From Verrucomicrobiota bacterium (lineage in GTDB: Bacteria > Verrucomicrobiota > Verrucomicrobiia > Verrucomicrobiales > DEV007), in NCBI GenBank assembly GCA_045046875.1, contig JASFYY010000018.1:12886-76885 (forward strand): a stretch of 64,000 nucleotides of DNA, written 5' to 3'. This document shows positions 51,715 through 61,501 of this stretch, one piece after another. The notes under the pieces are model-generated. The model ran no database searches, was not told the DNA's origin, and was given only the letters and a program-made list of their open reading frames with translations. Within the stretch, counting starts at the first letter, position 1. Each line of letters starts with the position of its first letter. A program made the position numbers and the translations under genes.

Positions 51715-52332
51715 ATGAATGTAAAAACAATAATGGATAACAAAGAAAAAAAGTCAGGATATTCTGGTCGGCGTGCGGGTTTCAGTTTGATTGAGGTGAC
51801 GGTGTCGATTGCTATCACGGCAGTGGCTTTGGTTTCCTTGATGGGAATGTTACCTGCGGGGATGAAAACAATGCGCGAAGCGAGTGACCGTGCAATCGAG
51901 ACTCGGATCCATCAGCAGATCCTTAGCGAGTTACAATTGGCAAAATGGACATCCCGTTTTCAGTTTGACTATAGATCGGGTAGCCCTGGTGTTCGATTTT
52001 ATGATGACCAGGGTATCCAGATATATAAAAGTGGACCGAATGCACTGCCGGGTGAGGAATTTGGCCTTAATCATGTTTACACTGCTAGGATCAATGTGCC
52101 GAACAGGGGGCAGGCCCTACCGCAGAGTATCAGTGGAGGCACTTATTCAGGCACCTTCGTGCCAGCTTCGACAACCCCGGATCCCAGCCTGCAATTGGTG
52201 ATTGTCGAAATCACCAGTGTGCTTGACGAGGTTTTTGAAACTTCGGCCGGTTTTAATGATGCTAAGTTTTTAAATAATATAAGAACCTTTCAAGCAACGA
52301 TTACGAAGCTTGGGAAGGATTTTGGGTCTTGA
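51715..52332 (+). CDS. Verru_Chthon cassette protein B (type IV prepilin-like)
   Basis: RRAG/FSLIEVTVSIAI...LMGMLPAGM, FYDDQG. Confidence 0.88.
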   Translation: MNVKTIMDNKEKKSGYSGRRAGFSLIEVTVSIAITAVALVSLMGMLPAGMKTMREASDRAIETRIHQQILSELQLAKWTSRFQFDYRSGSPGVRFYDDQGIQIYKSGPNALPGEEFGLNHVYTARINVPNRGQALPQSISGGTYSGTFVPASTTPDPSLQLVIVEITSVLDEVFETSAGFNDAKFLNNIRTFQATITKLGKDFGS

Positions 52333-52356
52333 GTCGTAGAAAATTTTGTTAAGTAT

Positions 52357-53382
52357 ATGAAACATTCAAAAAAGGCAGAGTCGAAACAAAATATAAGCTC
52401 GGCATTCACTTTAGCTGAATTGCTGGTATCGATGACGGTGCTTTCTGTCCTGTTGTTAATGCTAACTCAGTTGCTGACACAGGTTCAACGGACTTGGACG
52501 TATTCCGAGGCTCGTATTTCACAGTTCAGGGAGGCGCGGGTGGCTTTTGATATCATTAGCAAAAATCTGTCCCAAGCGACGCTGCATACCTATCTGGATT
52601 ACGAACGGGACAACAACAACCAGGTGACTAAATACAAAAGGCAATCTGAATTGCATTTTAAGACCATGCAAGCGAGTCAACTGGGGACAAACAAACCCAC
52701 GCATGCCATTTTTTTCCAAGCACCGTTAGGGACTTCTGATAAGTATCAAAATTTAGGAAATTTATTTAATGCTCGCGGTTATTATGTGGAGTATGGGAAT
52801 GACCGGATGTTTAAACCTGCGTTTGTTCAAGCTGAGCCGAAGTATCGTTTCCGTTTGATGGAGTATCTGCCGCCAGCGGAGGAAAATCAGATTTACGTGG
52901 ATGGAGATAAAGAGCGCTTGGTTAGCCCGAATGGAGTGGCGGTTTATGACAAGTGGTATAGATATAAATTGGACACCTATAGCCATCCTTTGGCCGAGAA
53001 TGTGATTGGTCTGATCGCTTCTCCACGGGAAGCTTTGACAAATCCTAGTCAGCAAAACCAGACATACAGCAGTATCGCTCCAAATTATAGTTATGATTCT
53101 AATGAGCAGAACGCTAATTTTGCTTTGTATGTGCAGCAGGTGCCTCCTTTGGTAAAAGTAACGATGGTGGCTATCGATGAAACTTCGGCGATTCGTTTGG
53201 AGGATAAGGGCGGTGGCGGGGCAAGCATGCCCTCGTTGATTCCTGGCAGTTTTTTTAAATCAACCCAGCAATATGAGAGTGATATTGCGAAGCTCAAAGC
53301 TGAGTTGAATAGCAGAAAAATAAATTTTAAAATTTTTAGCACGACGGTTGCTATTCGTAGTTCAAAATGGAGCACGCAATAA
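52357..53382 (+). CDS. Verru_Chthon cassette protein C (type IV prepilin-like)
   Basis: SA/FTLAELLVSM, QFREAR, LSQATL, RQSELHF, FFQAPLG, RFRLME, PPLVKVTMVAIDE. Confidence 0.88.
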   Translation: MKHSKKAESKQNISSAFTLAELLVSMTVLSVLLLMLTQLLTQVQRTWTYSEARISQFREARVAFDIISKNLSQATLHTYLDYERDNNNQVTKYKRQSELHFKTMQASQLGTNKPTHAIFFQAPLGTSDKYQNLGNLFNARGYYVEYGNDRMFKPAFVQAEPKYRFRLMEYLPPAEENQIYVDGDKERLVSPNGVAVYDKWYRYKLDTYSHPLAENVIGLIASPREALTNPSQQNQTYSSIAPNYSYDSNEQNANFALYVQQVPPLVKVTMVAIDETSAIRLEDKGGGGASMPSLIPGSFFKSTQQYESDIAKLKAELNSRKINFKIFSTTVAIRSSKWSTQ

Positions 53383-53419
53383 ACACAGTAGCTGTAGTGT
53401 CTGGTGGCGATGGTAACAA

Positions 53420-54142
53420 GTGAGTGATAAAATAGTGATGAAACAGTCGAGCAAATTTAGAGCGCCATATTCTATGAATACAAAAACTAGTGATGCGTGC
53501 GGTAGAGGGGGGCAAGGAAGTCAATCGGCCTTTACCTTAATGGAGATGTTGGTGGTGATCACCGTGATAGGGGTGTTGTTTGCTTTTTCGGCACCACAAC
53601 TGTTCAGTTTGTTGCAATCGAGTAGTTTGACTTCGGCGGGAAGTTTGATGCGTAACAAGTTAAGTCAGGCACAGCAGATGGCTTTATCGAAAAATATTGA
53701 TGTCGAGGTGCGGTTTTTTAAATTTTCGGATGACCTGCAAGCTCAGGTGGAAGATGAGATTCGTGGTTTCCAGTTTTTTCAATACGACGAAGAAGGGATA
53801 GCTAATCCTGTTAGCCAGTTTTTCCGGGTGCAAGCACCAGTTATTATCAGCACGAATACCCAGTTGTCGACTTTGTTGCAACCCGGTAGCGGTGGGGCAT
53901 CGCCTGCTACGGGAAGATATGATATTCCCCGAGGTAGTGGCAACGGTCGTAAAAGTGCGACTTATGTATCGTTTCGGTTTCGCCCTGATGGTTCGACCGA
54001 TTTGCCTGGCAGATCGGGAGGGGGTGGCACGTGGTTTGTCACTTTGGTGAAAGAGGGCTCGGATACGGGAAGGGTGCCCAAGAACTTTTATACGGTGCAG
54101 ATTGATCCCTATAATGGGAAGATATCGGAATTCCGGCCGTAG
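53420..54142 (+). CDS. Verru_Chthon cassette protein D (FimT/GspH-like prepilin)
   Basis: SA/FTLMEMLVV, VEVRF, FRFRPDGSTDL, NFYTVQIDP; the start may be a downstream ATG. Confidence 0.88.
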   Translation: MSDKIVMKQSSKFRAPYSMNTKTSDACGRGGQGSQSAFTLMEMLVVITVIGVLFAFSAPQLFSLLQSSSLTSAGSLMRNKLSQAQQMALSKNIDVEVRFFKFSDDLQAQVEDEIRGFQFFQYDEEGIANPVSQFFRVQAPVIISTNTQLSTLLQPGSGGASPATGRYDIPRGSGNGRKSATYVSFRFRPDGSTDLPGRSGGGGTWFVTLVKEGSDTGRVPKNFYTVQIDPYNGKISEFRP

Positions 54143-54145
54143 GTA

Positions 54146-54311
54146 GAAGGGTGTAGCCGTTTAGGGCTGTAGCTTTTTAGCTTGGTGGATTTTATGTGTG
54201 GTCTCTGAAAGTTGTAAGAACTTGAGACTTATCACCTAAGACAAGTATGGAAATTTCCTTACGGGCAGGGTGCTGTTAAATACCTAACAGCCTAAACAGC
54301 TACAGCCTTCC
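54146..54311. repeat. Two inverted copies of the GGAAGGCTGTAG...TTAGGCTGT motif between convergent genes
   Basis: + copy 54146-54181, - copy 54283-54311; similar copies at 17809-17831 and 55984-56021. Confidence 0.65.
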
Positions 54312-54872
54312 TCAAATCATCCCCAGCTTCATTTTGCCTTCTTCGCTGATCATGTCTTGATTCCAGGCGGGATCCCAGACGAGATCGACGACGGCGTCTT
54401 CGATGTCTTCCAGAGAAATGATTTTATTGCGGGCGTCCGCGGCGATGGTGGGTCCCATGCCGCAACCGGGAGCGGTGAGGGTCATTTTGACGGTGACTTC
54501 TTTGTCGCCGGCTTCGTTTTCTTTGATCTGGCAATCATAGACCAGTCCCAGATCGACGATGTTGACGGGGATCTCGGGGTCGTAAACGGCTTTTAGTTGC
54601 TCCCAAACGGCACCTTCCAAGTCGCCATCGGCGGCGAGTTGTTCAGGCGCGTTTTTGGTGGCGGCGGCTTCGTCGGATGTTTCGAGACCGAGCGCGTCTG
54701 CATTGGACGCGGCGATACGTGCCAGTCCGGCTTGGGTCGCTACAGTGTAGGTGCCGCCGAGTGATTGGGTGATCATCACTTTGGTTCCTACGGGAAGGTG
54801 GATGCTTTCACCGCTGGGGATCTGGACGGCATCCACATCTCGGGTGAGTTCGATTTCTTTATTGGTATTCAT
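54312..54872 (-). CDS. sufT: Putative Fe-S cluster assembly protein SufT (DUF59)
   Basis: ITQSLGGTYTV, VYDPEIPVNIVDLGLVY, MTLTAPGCGMG. Confidence 0.9.
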   Translation of the reverse strand: MNTNKEIELTRDVDAVQIPSGESIHLPVGTKVMITQSLGGTYTVATQAGLARIAASNADALGLETSDEAAATKNAPEQLAADGDLEGAVWEQLKAVYDPEIPVNIVDLGLVYDCQIKENEAGDKEVTVKMTLTAPGCGMGPTIAADARNKIISLEDIEDAVVDLVWDPAWNQDMISEEGKMKLGMI

Positions 54873-54907
54873 GGCAGAGCTAGGCAAGTTCAGACTGTGG
54901 AGTGAAA

Positions 54908-54933
54908 GTAGGACAGATTTCTATATCTGTCTA
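54908..54933 (+). repeat. GTAG-type REP hairpin
   Basis: GTAG-GACAGAT-TTCTAT-ATCTGTC. Confidence 0.8.
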
Positions 54934-55146
54934 ATGCAAGTGAAGAGGGTAGGCTTTTTAGGGTTCTGGTTTTGTTGTCTGTAATTATGCTGGTGACCTA
55001 CTTGGAAAAGCCCATTTGTTCTAGAGCTATTCGAATTTATCTAATAGTTCGAATCGTTAAACACCGTTAGCTGACTCAAAAAGGTCGCCAAAGGGGGGAT
55101 TCTGGGCTAAAATCCTGCTTTGACTGGAAGGAAGGCTCAAAGGGAG

Positions 55147-55983
55147 ATGAAAAGCAACTCACCAAAAATCTATTTATTGCCTAATCTGATGACGGCGGGG
55201 AACCTGTTTTGCGGGTTTTTGGCAATTCTGATGATTTTTGAAGGGATGCGCGATCCGGACAGTGGGGTGATGCCTTATTACAAGGCGATCGCTTTGATTT
55301 TGGGGGCTTGTGTGTTTGATCTTTTAGATGGCCGGGTGGCGAGAATGCGCGGGCAGGAGTCCTTGTTCGGGCGTGAGTTTGATTCCTTGGCGGACATTGT
55401 GTCTTTTGGTATCGCGCCGGCGTTGTTGGTGATGGATATTGTGTTGAATGATTTTGGTCACCGGCTGGGCTGGTTGACGGCTTTCGGTTATTTGCTTTGT
55501 GGGGGTATGCGGCTGGCGCGGTTTAATTGCATGTCGGCAAATCCGGATGAGTCGGGTAACAAGGATTTCACCGGTTTTCCGATACCGGCTGCGGCGGGTC
55601 TGATCGCTTCACTGACTTTGCTGATGCTGTGGCTGAATGAGGGGGAGAAAGAGGTGGGGCCGTGGAAATACGGCTTGTTGTTTTTGATGTGGTTGTTGTC
55701 TTTCCTGATGCTAAGCGAGTATCACTATCCGAGTTTCAAACGCATCAATTGGCGTACCCGACGGTCTTTACCGTGGGTTTTTGTGATTATTCTGGTGGCG
55801 GTGTGCGCAGTGATATTCTGGCATGTGGTGCCTGCGTTGATCTTCACGGCTTATTTGATCTATGGCGGGGTAAGGCCTTGGATTTCCCGTAAATGGAGGC
55901 GCGAGATCGAAGAGGATGGCGACGATTCGGAGGTGGAGGCGCTCAAGAGTGTGGATGACGACGAAGGTGAGTCGGCGGCGTGA
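55147..55983 (+). CDS. pssA: CDP-diacylglycerol--serine O-phosphatidyltransferase
   Basis: LPNLMTAGN, DLLDGRVAR...FGREFDSLADIVSFGIAP, RLARFN, FTGFPIPAAA. Confidence 0.92.
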   Translation: MKSNSPKIYLLPNLMTAGNLFCGFLAILMIFEGMRDPDSGVMPYYKAIALILGACVFDLLDGRVARMRGQESLFGREFDSLADIVSFGIAPALLVMDIVLNDFGHRLGWLTAFGYLLCGGMRLARFNCMSANPDESGNKDFTGFPIPAAAGLIASLTLLMLWLNEGEKEVGPWKYGLLFLMWLLSFLMLSEYHYPSFKRINWRTRRSLPWVFVIILVAVCAVIFWHVVPALIFTAYLIYGGVRPWISRKWRREIEEDGDDSEVEALKSVDDDEGESAA

Positions 55984-56024
55984 GGGGAAGGCTGTAGCGG
56001 ATTAGGCTGTAGACTGACAGGCTT

Positions 56025-56495
56025 TTATTGGCTATTGCTTTTGGCGTGGTTCACTTCGCTGATTTGGGCGTTGAGGGTCCAAAAATCGTAGATCACTCCG
56101 ATGCCGAAGATGCCGCCGGAGAGCAGATAAATAATACCGGTGCCGATTTTTCCTAGATAAAAACGGTGGATGCCAAGCAGGCCGAGGTAGGTGAGCAAAA
56201 TCCAACTGAGGGAATAGTCGATCTCGCCGGGTTCAAAGCGCAGTTCGGCTTTGCGATCCATCGAGGGGATGAGGAAGAGGTCAATGAACCAGCCGATGCC
56301 GAGCAGGCCGAATGTGAACAGCCAGATGGTGCCACTGATCGGTTTGCCATAATAAAAACGGTGGGCTCCGGTGAATCCAAAAATCCATAACAGGTAGCCG
56401 ATCAGTTTGCTATGGGTATCACTCGAATAAGAGGCGGTGGATTGTAGGTCGGGCTGTGGCAGGGATGATGGTGATGGGGTGAGTTCGTTGTTCAT
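56025..56495 (-). CDS. TM2-domain (NINE) membrane protein
   Basis: Two GAHRFY/GIHRFY TM2 repeats. Confidence 0.88.
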   Translation of the reverse strand: MNNELTPSPSSLPQPDLQSTASYSSDTHSKLIGYLLWIFGFTGAHRFYYGKPISGTIWLFTFGLLGIGWFIDLFLIPSMDRKAELRFEPGEIDYSLSWILLTYLGLLGIHRFYLGKIGTGIIYLLSGGIFGIGVIYDFWTLNAQISEVNHAKSNSQ

Positions 56496-56610
56496 GATGG
56501 GGAAACTTGCGGTTGATGTGCGGCTTTACCAATTAGAAAATCGAGTAAATTTTGTAAAGGGGGGATAGGCAGTCATTGACGGGCTAGGTTTCGTGGGTTT
56601 GTTTTGAAAG

Positions 56611-57897
56611 ATGAAGAGCTTTACTCTATTTGCGGCGATCATTTGGATCCTGTTTTTTGCGCCTGACGGGGCCTTTGCAGATTGGCCGGAATTTCGTGGG
56701 CCAAGCAGGGATGGGCATGCGGTGCAGGATCAGGCTTTGCCAGTGAAGTGGAGTGAAAAAGAAAACGTGAAGTGGAAAACTGCTATTCACGGAGCGGGTT
56801 GGGCGACGCCGGTTGTGATGGAAGGCAAGGTATGGGTGGAGACGGCCAGTGAGGATGGGCGCACGATGTCGGTGCTTTGTATCGATCAGAAAAGCGGCAA
56901 GGTGTTGCTCGACCGAGTGTTGATTACTAACGATAATCCCGAGCCTTTGTCGAATAAGATCAATAACTATGCGGCGTGTTCGCCGGCGGTTGAGAAAGGG
57001 CGGGTGTATCTGCATTTTGGCTCCTATGGCACGATTTGTCTGGATACGAAAAGTTATGCTGAGATTTGGCGGCGGACGGATTTGCGTTGCAGTCATTGGC
57101 GCGGGCCGGGATCTTCGGTAGCGATGTGGAGGAATTTTGTGATCCTGACTTTTGACGGAGCAGACCGGCAGTATCTGGCGGCTTTAGATAAAAAAACAGG
57201 GAAAACCATTTGGGTCCGGGATCGTTCGACGGATTTCGGAGATCTGGATGACAAAGGGCGGCCGGCCAATAGCGGGGACATGCGCAAGGCTTACAGCACG
57301 CCTGTTTTTATTAACGATGGCGAAAAGGATATCATGATCAGCGTGGGGGCCAAAGCCTGTTGGGCCTATAATCCGGATACGGGCGAAGAGCTGTGGAATG
57401 TGAATGTTCCCCAGCATTCGACTTCATCACGACCAGTGTATAATGAAAAGTTGAAGCTGTTGTATATCAATACCGGCTTGGGGAAACCTCAGTTGTGGGC
57501 GGTGCGGGTGGATGCCAAGGCGCGGGGAGATATCAGCGGGACGCACGTGGAATGGAAATTGCTCAAGCGGGTTCCTAAGCAATCCTCACCATTGTTGTTA
57601 GGTGATGAATTGTATTTGGCAGCGGATACCGTTGGCAGCTGCGTGGATGCTAAAACAGGCAAGGTGTTATGGTCTGAGCGAATGGAAGGCACGGTGACGG
57701 CATCGCTGCTTTATGGCGGTGGCAATATTTATTTTTTCAATGAGGACGGTGGAGCAACGGTGGTGAAACCCGGCAGGGAATATCAGCTGAGTGCTAAAAA
57801 CCAGCTCGATGATGGATCGTTGGCGTCTCCGGCGGCATCCGACGGGGCTTTGTTTGTGCGCTCCAAGAATTTTTTGTACCGGATCGGTGGGGAGTAG
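56611..57897 (+). CDS. Exported PQQ-like beta-propeller protein
   Basis: Signal peptide, DWPEFRGP, WSEKENVKWK, AYSTP, DAKTGKVLW. Confidence 0.88.
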   Translation: MKSFTLFAAIIWILFFAPDGAFADWPEFRGPSRDGHAVQDQALPVKWSEKENVKWKTAIHGAGWATPVVMEGKVWVETASEDGRTMSVLCIDQKSGKVLLDRVLITNDNPEPLSNKINNYAACSPAVEKGRVYLHFGSYGTICLDTKSYAEIWRRTDLRCSHWRGPGSSVAMWRNFVILTFDGADRQYLAALDKKTGKTIWVRDRSTDFGDLDDKGRPANSGDMRKAYSTPVFINDGEKDIMISVGAKACWAYNPDTGEELWNVNVPQHSTSSRPVYNEKLKLLYINTGLGKPQLWAVRVDAKARGDISGTHVEWKLLKRVPKQSSPLLLGDELYLAADTVGSCVDAKTGKVLWSERMEGTVTASLLYGGGNIYFFNEDGGATVVKPGREYQLSAKNQLDDGSLASPAASDGALFVRSKNFLYRIGGE

Positions 57898-57918
57898 TAG
57901 AGGTGGATACCTTCTATG

Positions 57919-58365
57919 TTAATCCACGTCTTTGAGAAACACTCCGTAACCTTCCACCTTCATTTGTTCTTTTGGAATAAAGCGCATGGCGGCTGAGTTC
58001 ATGCAGTAGCGCAGGCCGCTGGGTTGCGGGCCGTCTTTAAAAACGTGACCGAGGTGGGAGTTGGCGTGTTTGCTGCGGACCTCTTTGCGCGGCAAGATCA
58101 TTTTGAAGTCGAGTTTTTCGACCAGATTGTCAGTGACCAGAGGGGTGTGGAAGCTGGGCCAACCGGTGCCGGAATCGTATTTGGCGCTGGAGCTGAACAG
58201 GGGCTCTCCAGAGACGATGTCGACATAGATGCCTTCGGTCTTGTTGTCGTGGTATTCGTTTTCAAAGGGGCGCTCGGTGGCGGAGCGCTGGGTGACTTGA
58301 TACTGCAGAGTGGTCAGTTGCTCTTGCAGTAAGTCATCTGAGGGTATGGGGTAGGATTTAGACAT
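57919..58365 (-). CDS. msrB: Peptide-methionine (R)-S-oxide reductase
   Basis: TERPF, GWPSF, HLGHVF.DGP, RYCMNS; start at ATG 58365. Confidence 0.95.
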   Translation of the reverse strand: MSKSYPIPSDDLLQEQLTTLQYQVTQRSATERPFENEYHDNKTEGIYVDIVSGEPLFSSSAKYDSGTGWPSFHTPLVTDNLVEKLDFKMILPRKEVRSKHANSHLGHVFKDGPQPSGLRYCMNSAAMRFIPKEQMKVEGYGVFLKDVD

Positions 58366-58408
58366 GGTGGGAGAATAGGATGTTGATATCGTGGACAAGG
58401 GTGGCAGG

Positions 58409-59773
58409 TTAGCCAACCTGCGCCCAGCCGTCACGGTATTTGCGTTTGATGAGTTTGTCGGCTTCAGCATTGCCGGTGGTCATTTTATCACGATTCCAGG
58501 TCAGCTTGGTGCCGTTGCCGACTTGGGCGGCGATGGTGCCGAGCAGCATCAGTTCGGTGAGCGGGGCGGCGTAGCTGAAGTTGGATTTGGCCATTTTGGG
58601 ATCACCTGCTTTACAGGCGGCGATCCACTCTTTGTGGTGACCGGGGGAGCGCTCCATGGTTTTGGGAGGCTCGACAAATTTCTTTTTATCCGCTGAGTTG
58701 ACCAGTTGTGGCATGCCTCCGTGACTGCCGTGCATGAAAGTGAAATCACTGCCGTAATAAATGCAGCCACTGCTTGGGGTTTTTAATTTGTCGTCCATGT
58801 TTTTCGGACGTGGGATGGCGTAAGATCCGTCATACCACATCAACTTGACGGGTGGGGAATCTCCGCGGGCGGGGAATTCGTAGGTGATCTTGCAAGAGGC
58901 CGGGTGGGAGACTTTTTCACTACCGGCGGTTTTGCGTTCGATTTCTACGCTGATGCTTGCAGGCACGCCGAGGCCAAGTGACCACACTGGGTGGTCGAGA
59001 ATGTGTGCACCCATATCGCCGAGGGCTCCGGTGCCGTAGTCGATGTAGCCGCGCCATTTGAAAGGCACGATCTGACTGCTGTAGGGACCCATTGGGGCGG
59101 GCCCGATCCAGGTATCCCAATCCAAGGTGGCGGGAATCTCTTCTTCTTTCGGGCGCACGATATCTTGTGGCCAGCTAGGGCGGTTGGTGCAGGTGTGGAC
59201 TTCACGAACTTCGCCAACCGCGCCGGATTGGATCCACTCGTTGGTTCGGCGGGCGCCTTCGTTGGCGTGGCCTTGGTTGCCCATCTGGGTGCAGAGGCCT
59301 TTTTCTTCGGCTTTGTTTTGCAGGGCACGGGCTTCGGAAATGGTCAGAGTCAGCGGTTTTTCGACGTAGACGTGTTTGCCTGCATTCATCGCAGCCATGG
59401 CGACGATGGCGTGATTGTGGTCGGGGGTGGAGACCACTACGCCGTCGATATTACCAGCTTCTTTGGACAGCATTTCACGCCAGTCTTTGTAATATTTGCT
59501 CTTGGGGCTGGCTTTGAGGGATTTGGCGCAGCGCATCTGGTCGACGTCGGCGTAGGCGTAATGGTTTTCACTGATGCAGCCTTTGATGTTCTGTGCGCCG
59601 CGACCTCCGGCTCCGACAAAAGCGAGGTTGAGTTTGGCATTGGCTCCGAGAACACCCGATGGCAAAAACTGGATGCCGGCAAAAACGCTGGTGGCGGTGG
59701 CGGCAGTGCTCAGGAATTGACGGCGTGATGGAGAAAAATGAGAGGGGTTGGAGGTGGCTTTATTTTTAGACAT
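58409..59773 (-). CDS. Tat-exported Gfo/Idh/MocA oxidoreductase
   Basis: [37 protein letters not shown]. Confidence 0.92.
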   Translation of the reverse strand: MSKNKATSNPSHFSPSRRQFLSTAATATSVFAGIQFLPSGVLGANAKLNLAFVGAGGRGAQNIKGCISENHYAYADVDQMRCAKSLKASPKSKYYKDWREMLSKEAGNIDGVVVSTPDHNHAIVAMAAMNAGKHVYVEKPLTLTISEARALQNKAEEKGLCTQMGNQGHANEGARRTNEWIQSGAVGEVREVHTCTNRPSWPQDIVRPKEEEIPATLDWDTWIGPAPMGPYSSQIVPFKWRGYIDYGTGALGDMGAHILDHPVWSLGLGVPASISVEIERKTAGSEKVSHPASCKITYEFPARGDSPPVKLMWYDGSYAIPRPKNMDDKLKTPSSGCIYYGSDFTFMHGSHGGMPQLVNSADKKKFVEPPKTMERSPGHHKEWIAACKAGDPKMAKSNFSYAAPLTELMLLGTIAAQVGNGTKLTWNRDKMTTGNAEADKLIKRKYRDGWAQVG

Positions 59774-59811
59774 GGGGAAGTTTGCAACAAAGTGTGCCCC
59801 ATGGCAAGCAA

Positions 59812-60723
59812 TCACATCACCATGTGGATCATTTCACGAATGGATTCCATCAGGCGGTGGTGGAAGGTCGCCAGATTGTTGGCCCAGGTCAGGGCAAAAT
59901 ACTCCCAGGTGACGTTGGGGGAAGCTAACACGAGGAAGCTGGAAATGAGCAGTATATTGATCAGAGCGATCAGGGCGACGGAAAAAAGCAGGCCGTTTTG
60001 CTGCAGGTCGGGCTGATCGTGATTGATCATCCATAGGGTAAAGGTCATGTGGAAGGTCCAGCTCAGTCCGATCGCAGCGAACAAGATGCGGTCATGGACG
60101 ATGGTGATGGGGTAGTCGGGGAATGCCACTTGTATGATCCACCATAGGGTGATGATGAGCATTGTGTAAAAAGGCACGAAGTAGGGGGAGAGGGCGATGA
60201 GGAAGTTGTTTTTGTTGGTCAGGATATGCCCGCCGGAACTGGAGATGTGCATGCCTTTGACATTGCCGCCGCAGAATAGGACAAATACGGCATGGGTCAG
60301 TTCATGTCCGGCGACGTAGAACCACAACATGAGTCGACTGCGCAGGCCGAAAAAAAGCACTAGCCAAATGGCAGCTCCGATGGTGAAAAACCAGAATTCA
60401 CCGGTGCGCCAGAAAGCGCCGTTTTTGGTGGCATGGGCAAAACTGAGGAAAAATGACTCCAATGAAATCCACACCAGGGGGAGCAGGGCGATTCCGATTA
60501 ATAGTCGCAACCAGTGCATGAGGCCCATTGAGGGCGCAGCAACGGGGACGGATTCACCTTCAACAAAAGCAGCGATTTGTTTATTGCCGGAGGCGGAGTC
60601 AGTTCGTTTGCGGGCAGCGGCGGGTTTCTTGCGCGCGGCGGGAGGGCGACGTCGACTGGTCGTGGAGGCCGGAGACTTTCGTTTCCTGCTGGAGCTAGAA
60701 CTGGTGCGTCTGGGTGCAGCCAT
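59812..60723 (-). CDS. Membrane protein with HELTH zinc motif (M50-like), basic N-terminal tail
   Basis: HELTH inside a hydrophobic segment, IALSPYF, QPDL; several TM helices. Confidence 0.7.
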   Translation of the reverse strand: MAAPRRTSSSSSRKRKSPASTTSRRRPPAARKKPAAARKRTDSASGNKQIAAFVEGESVPVAAPSMGLMHWLRLLIGIALLPLVWISLESFFLSFAHATKNGAFWRTGEFWFFTIGAAIWLVLFFGLRSRLMLWFYVAGHELTHAVFVLFCGGNVKGMHISSSGGHILTNKNNFLIALSPYFVPFYTMLIITLWWIIQVAFPDYPITIVHDRILFAAIGLSWTFHMTFTLWMINHDQPDLQQNGLLFSVALIALINILLISSFLVLASPNVTWEYFALTWANNLATFHHRLMESIREMIHMVM

Positions 60724-60852
60724 AAGCTGGCGGTGCTTAAAACAAGAGGGCTTTTACATTTGGGATTGCGGTGGGGGCGCAGTCGATAGACAGAGCCAGA
60801 GTTTCCTCCGGATGTCATTTTTGGAAATGTCTTTTGGCCGGGATGATCCGGA

Positions 60853-61413
60853 TCAGACCCGGCTGAGGTATTTGCAGGTGGAGCTGTCTACTTTGATGAC
60901 ATCGCCGGGTTTGCAAAAAAGAGGAACCTGAACTCGCAGGCCGGTCTCAAGAGTCGCTTCTTTGGTCGGGTTATTGGCGGTGTCGCCTTTGACACCGGGG
61001 GCGGACTCGGTGATTTTGAGTTCAACGGAAGATGGGGGATCGACGCTGACAGGTTTGCCGTCGAGGTAGAGCACTTCGACTTGCAGCGCGTCGATCAGTA
61101 GGTTTTTGATGTCGCCGAGCATTTCTTCTGACAAGGTAACGGTGTCAAAGGTGATCGGATCCATGAAGTGGTAGCCACTGGGGTCGCTGTAACTGAACTC
61201 CAGTTTTTGGCGTTCGGTCATGACAAGATCTACTTTGTCGCCGGATGCAAAACGGATATCTTTGGTTTTACCGGATTGAAACGAACGGACGGTGGCCATG
61301 ATCAAGGCGTTGCCTTTGCCTGGAGTGCGATGTTCGAGATGCAGTACGATTCCGGTCTCGCCTTTGTATGAGATACACTGCCCTTTTTTGATTTGAGTTG
61401 CTACGACTGCCAT
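60853..61413 (-). CDS. efp: Elongation factor P
   Basis: HRTPGKGNA, PGVKGDTA, LETGLRVQVPLF, YLSRV. Confidence 0.96.
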   Translation of the reverse strand: MAVVATQIKKGQCISYKGETGIVLHLEHRTPGKGNALIMATVRSFQSGKTKDIRFASGDKVDLVMTERQKLEFSYSDPSGYHFMDPITFDTVTLSEEMLGDIKNLLIDALQVEVLYLDGKPVSVDPPSSVELKITESAPGVKGDTANNPTKEATLETGLRVQVPLFCKPGDVIKVDSSTCKYLSRV

Positions 61414-61501
61414 AAGTTGAAAAGTTTAAACAAATTAGAATCCAAAATTTAACATAAGTTAAGGGTTTTGGCGAGTGTAGAATTTTATTTTTGCCGCGTT
61501 T

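Noticed and set aside
55029..55054. ATTCGAA-N12-TTCGAAT inverted repeat in the sufT/pssA divergent region
   Set aside because: Single occurrence with short arms and no recognisable regulator consensus
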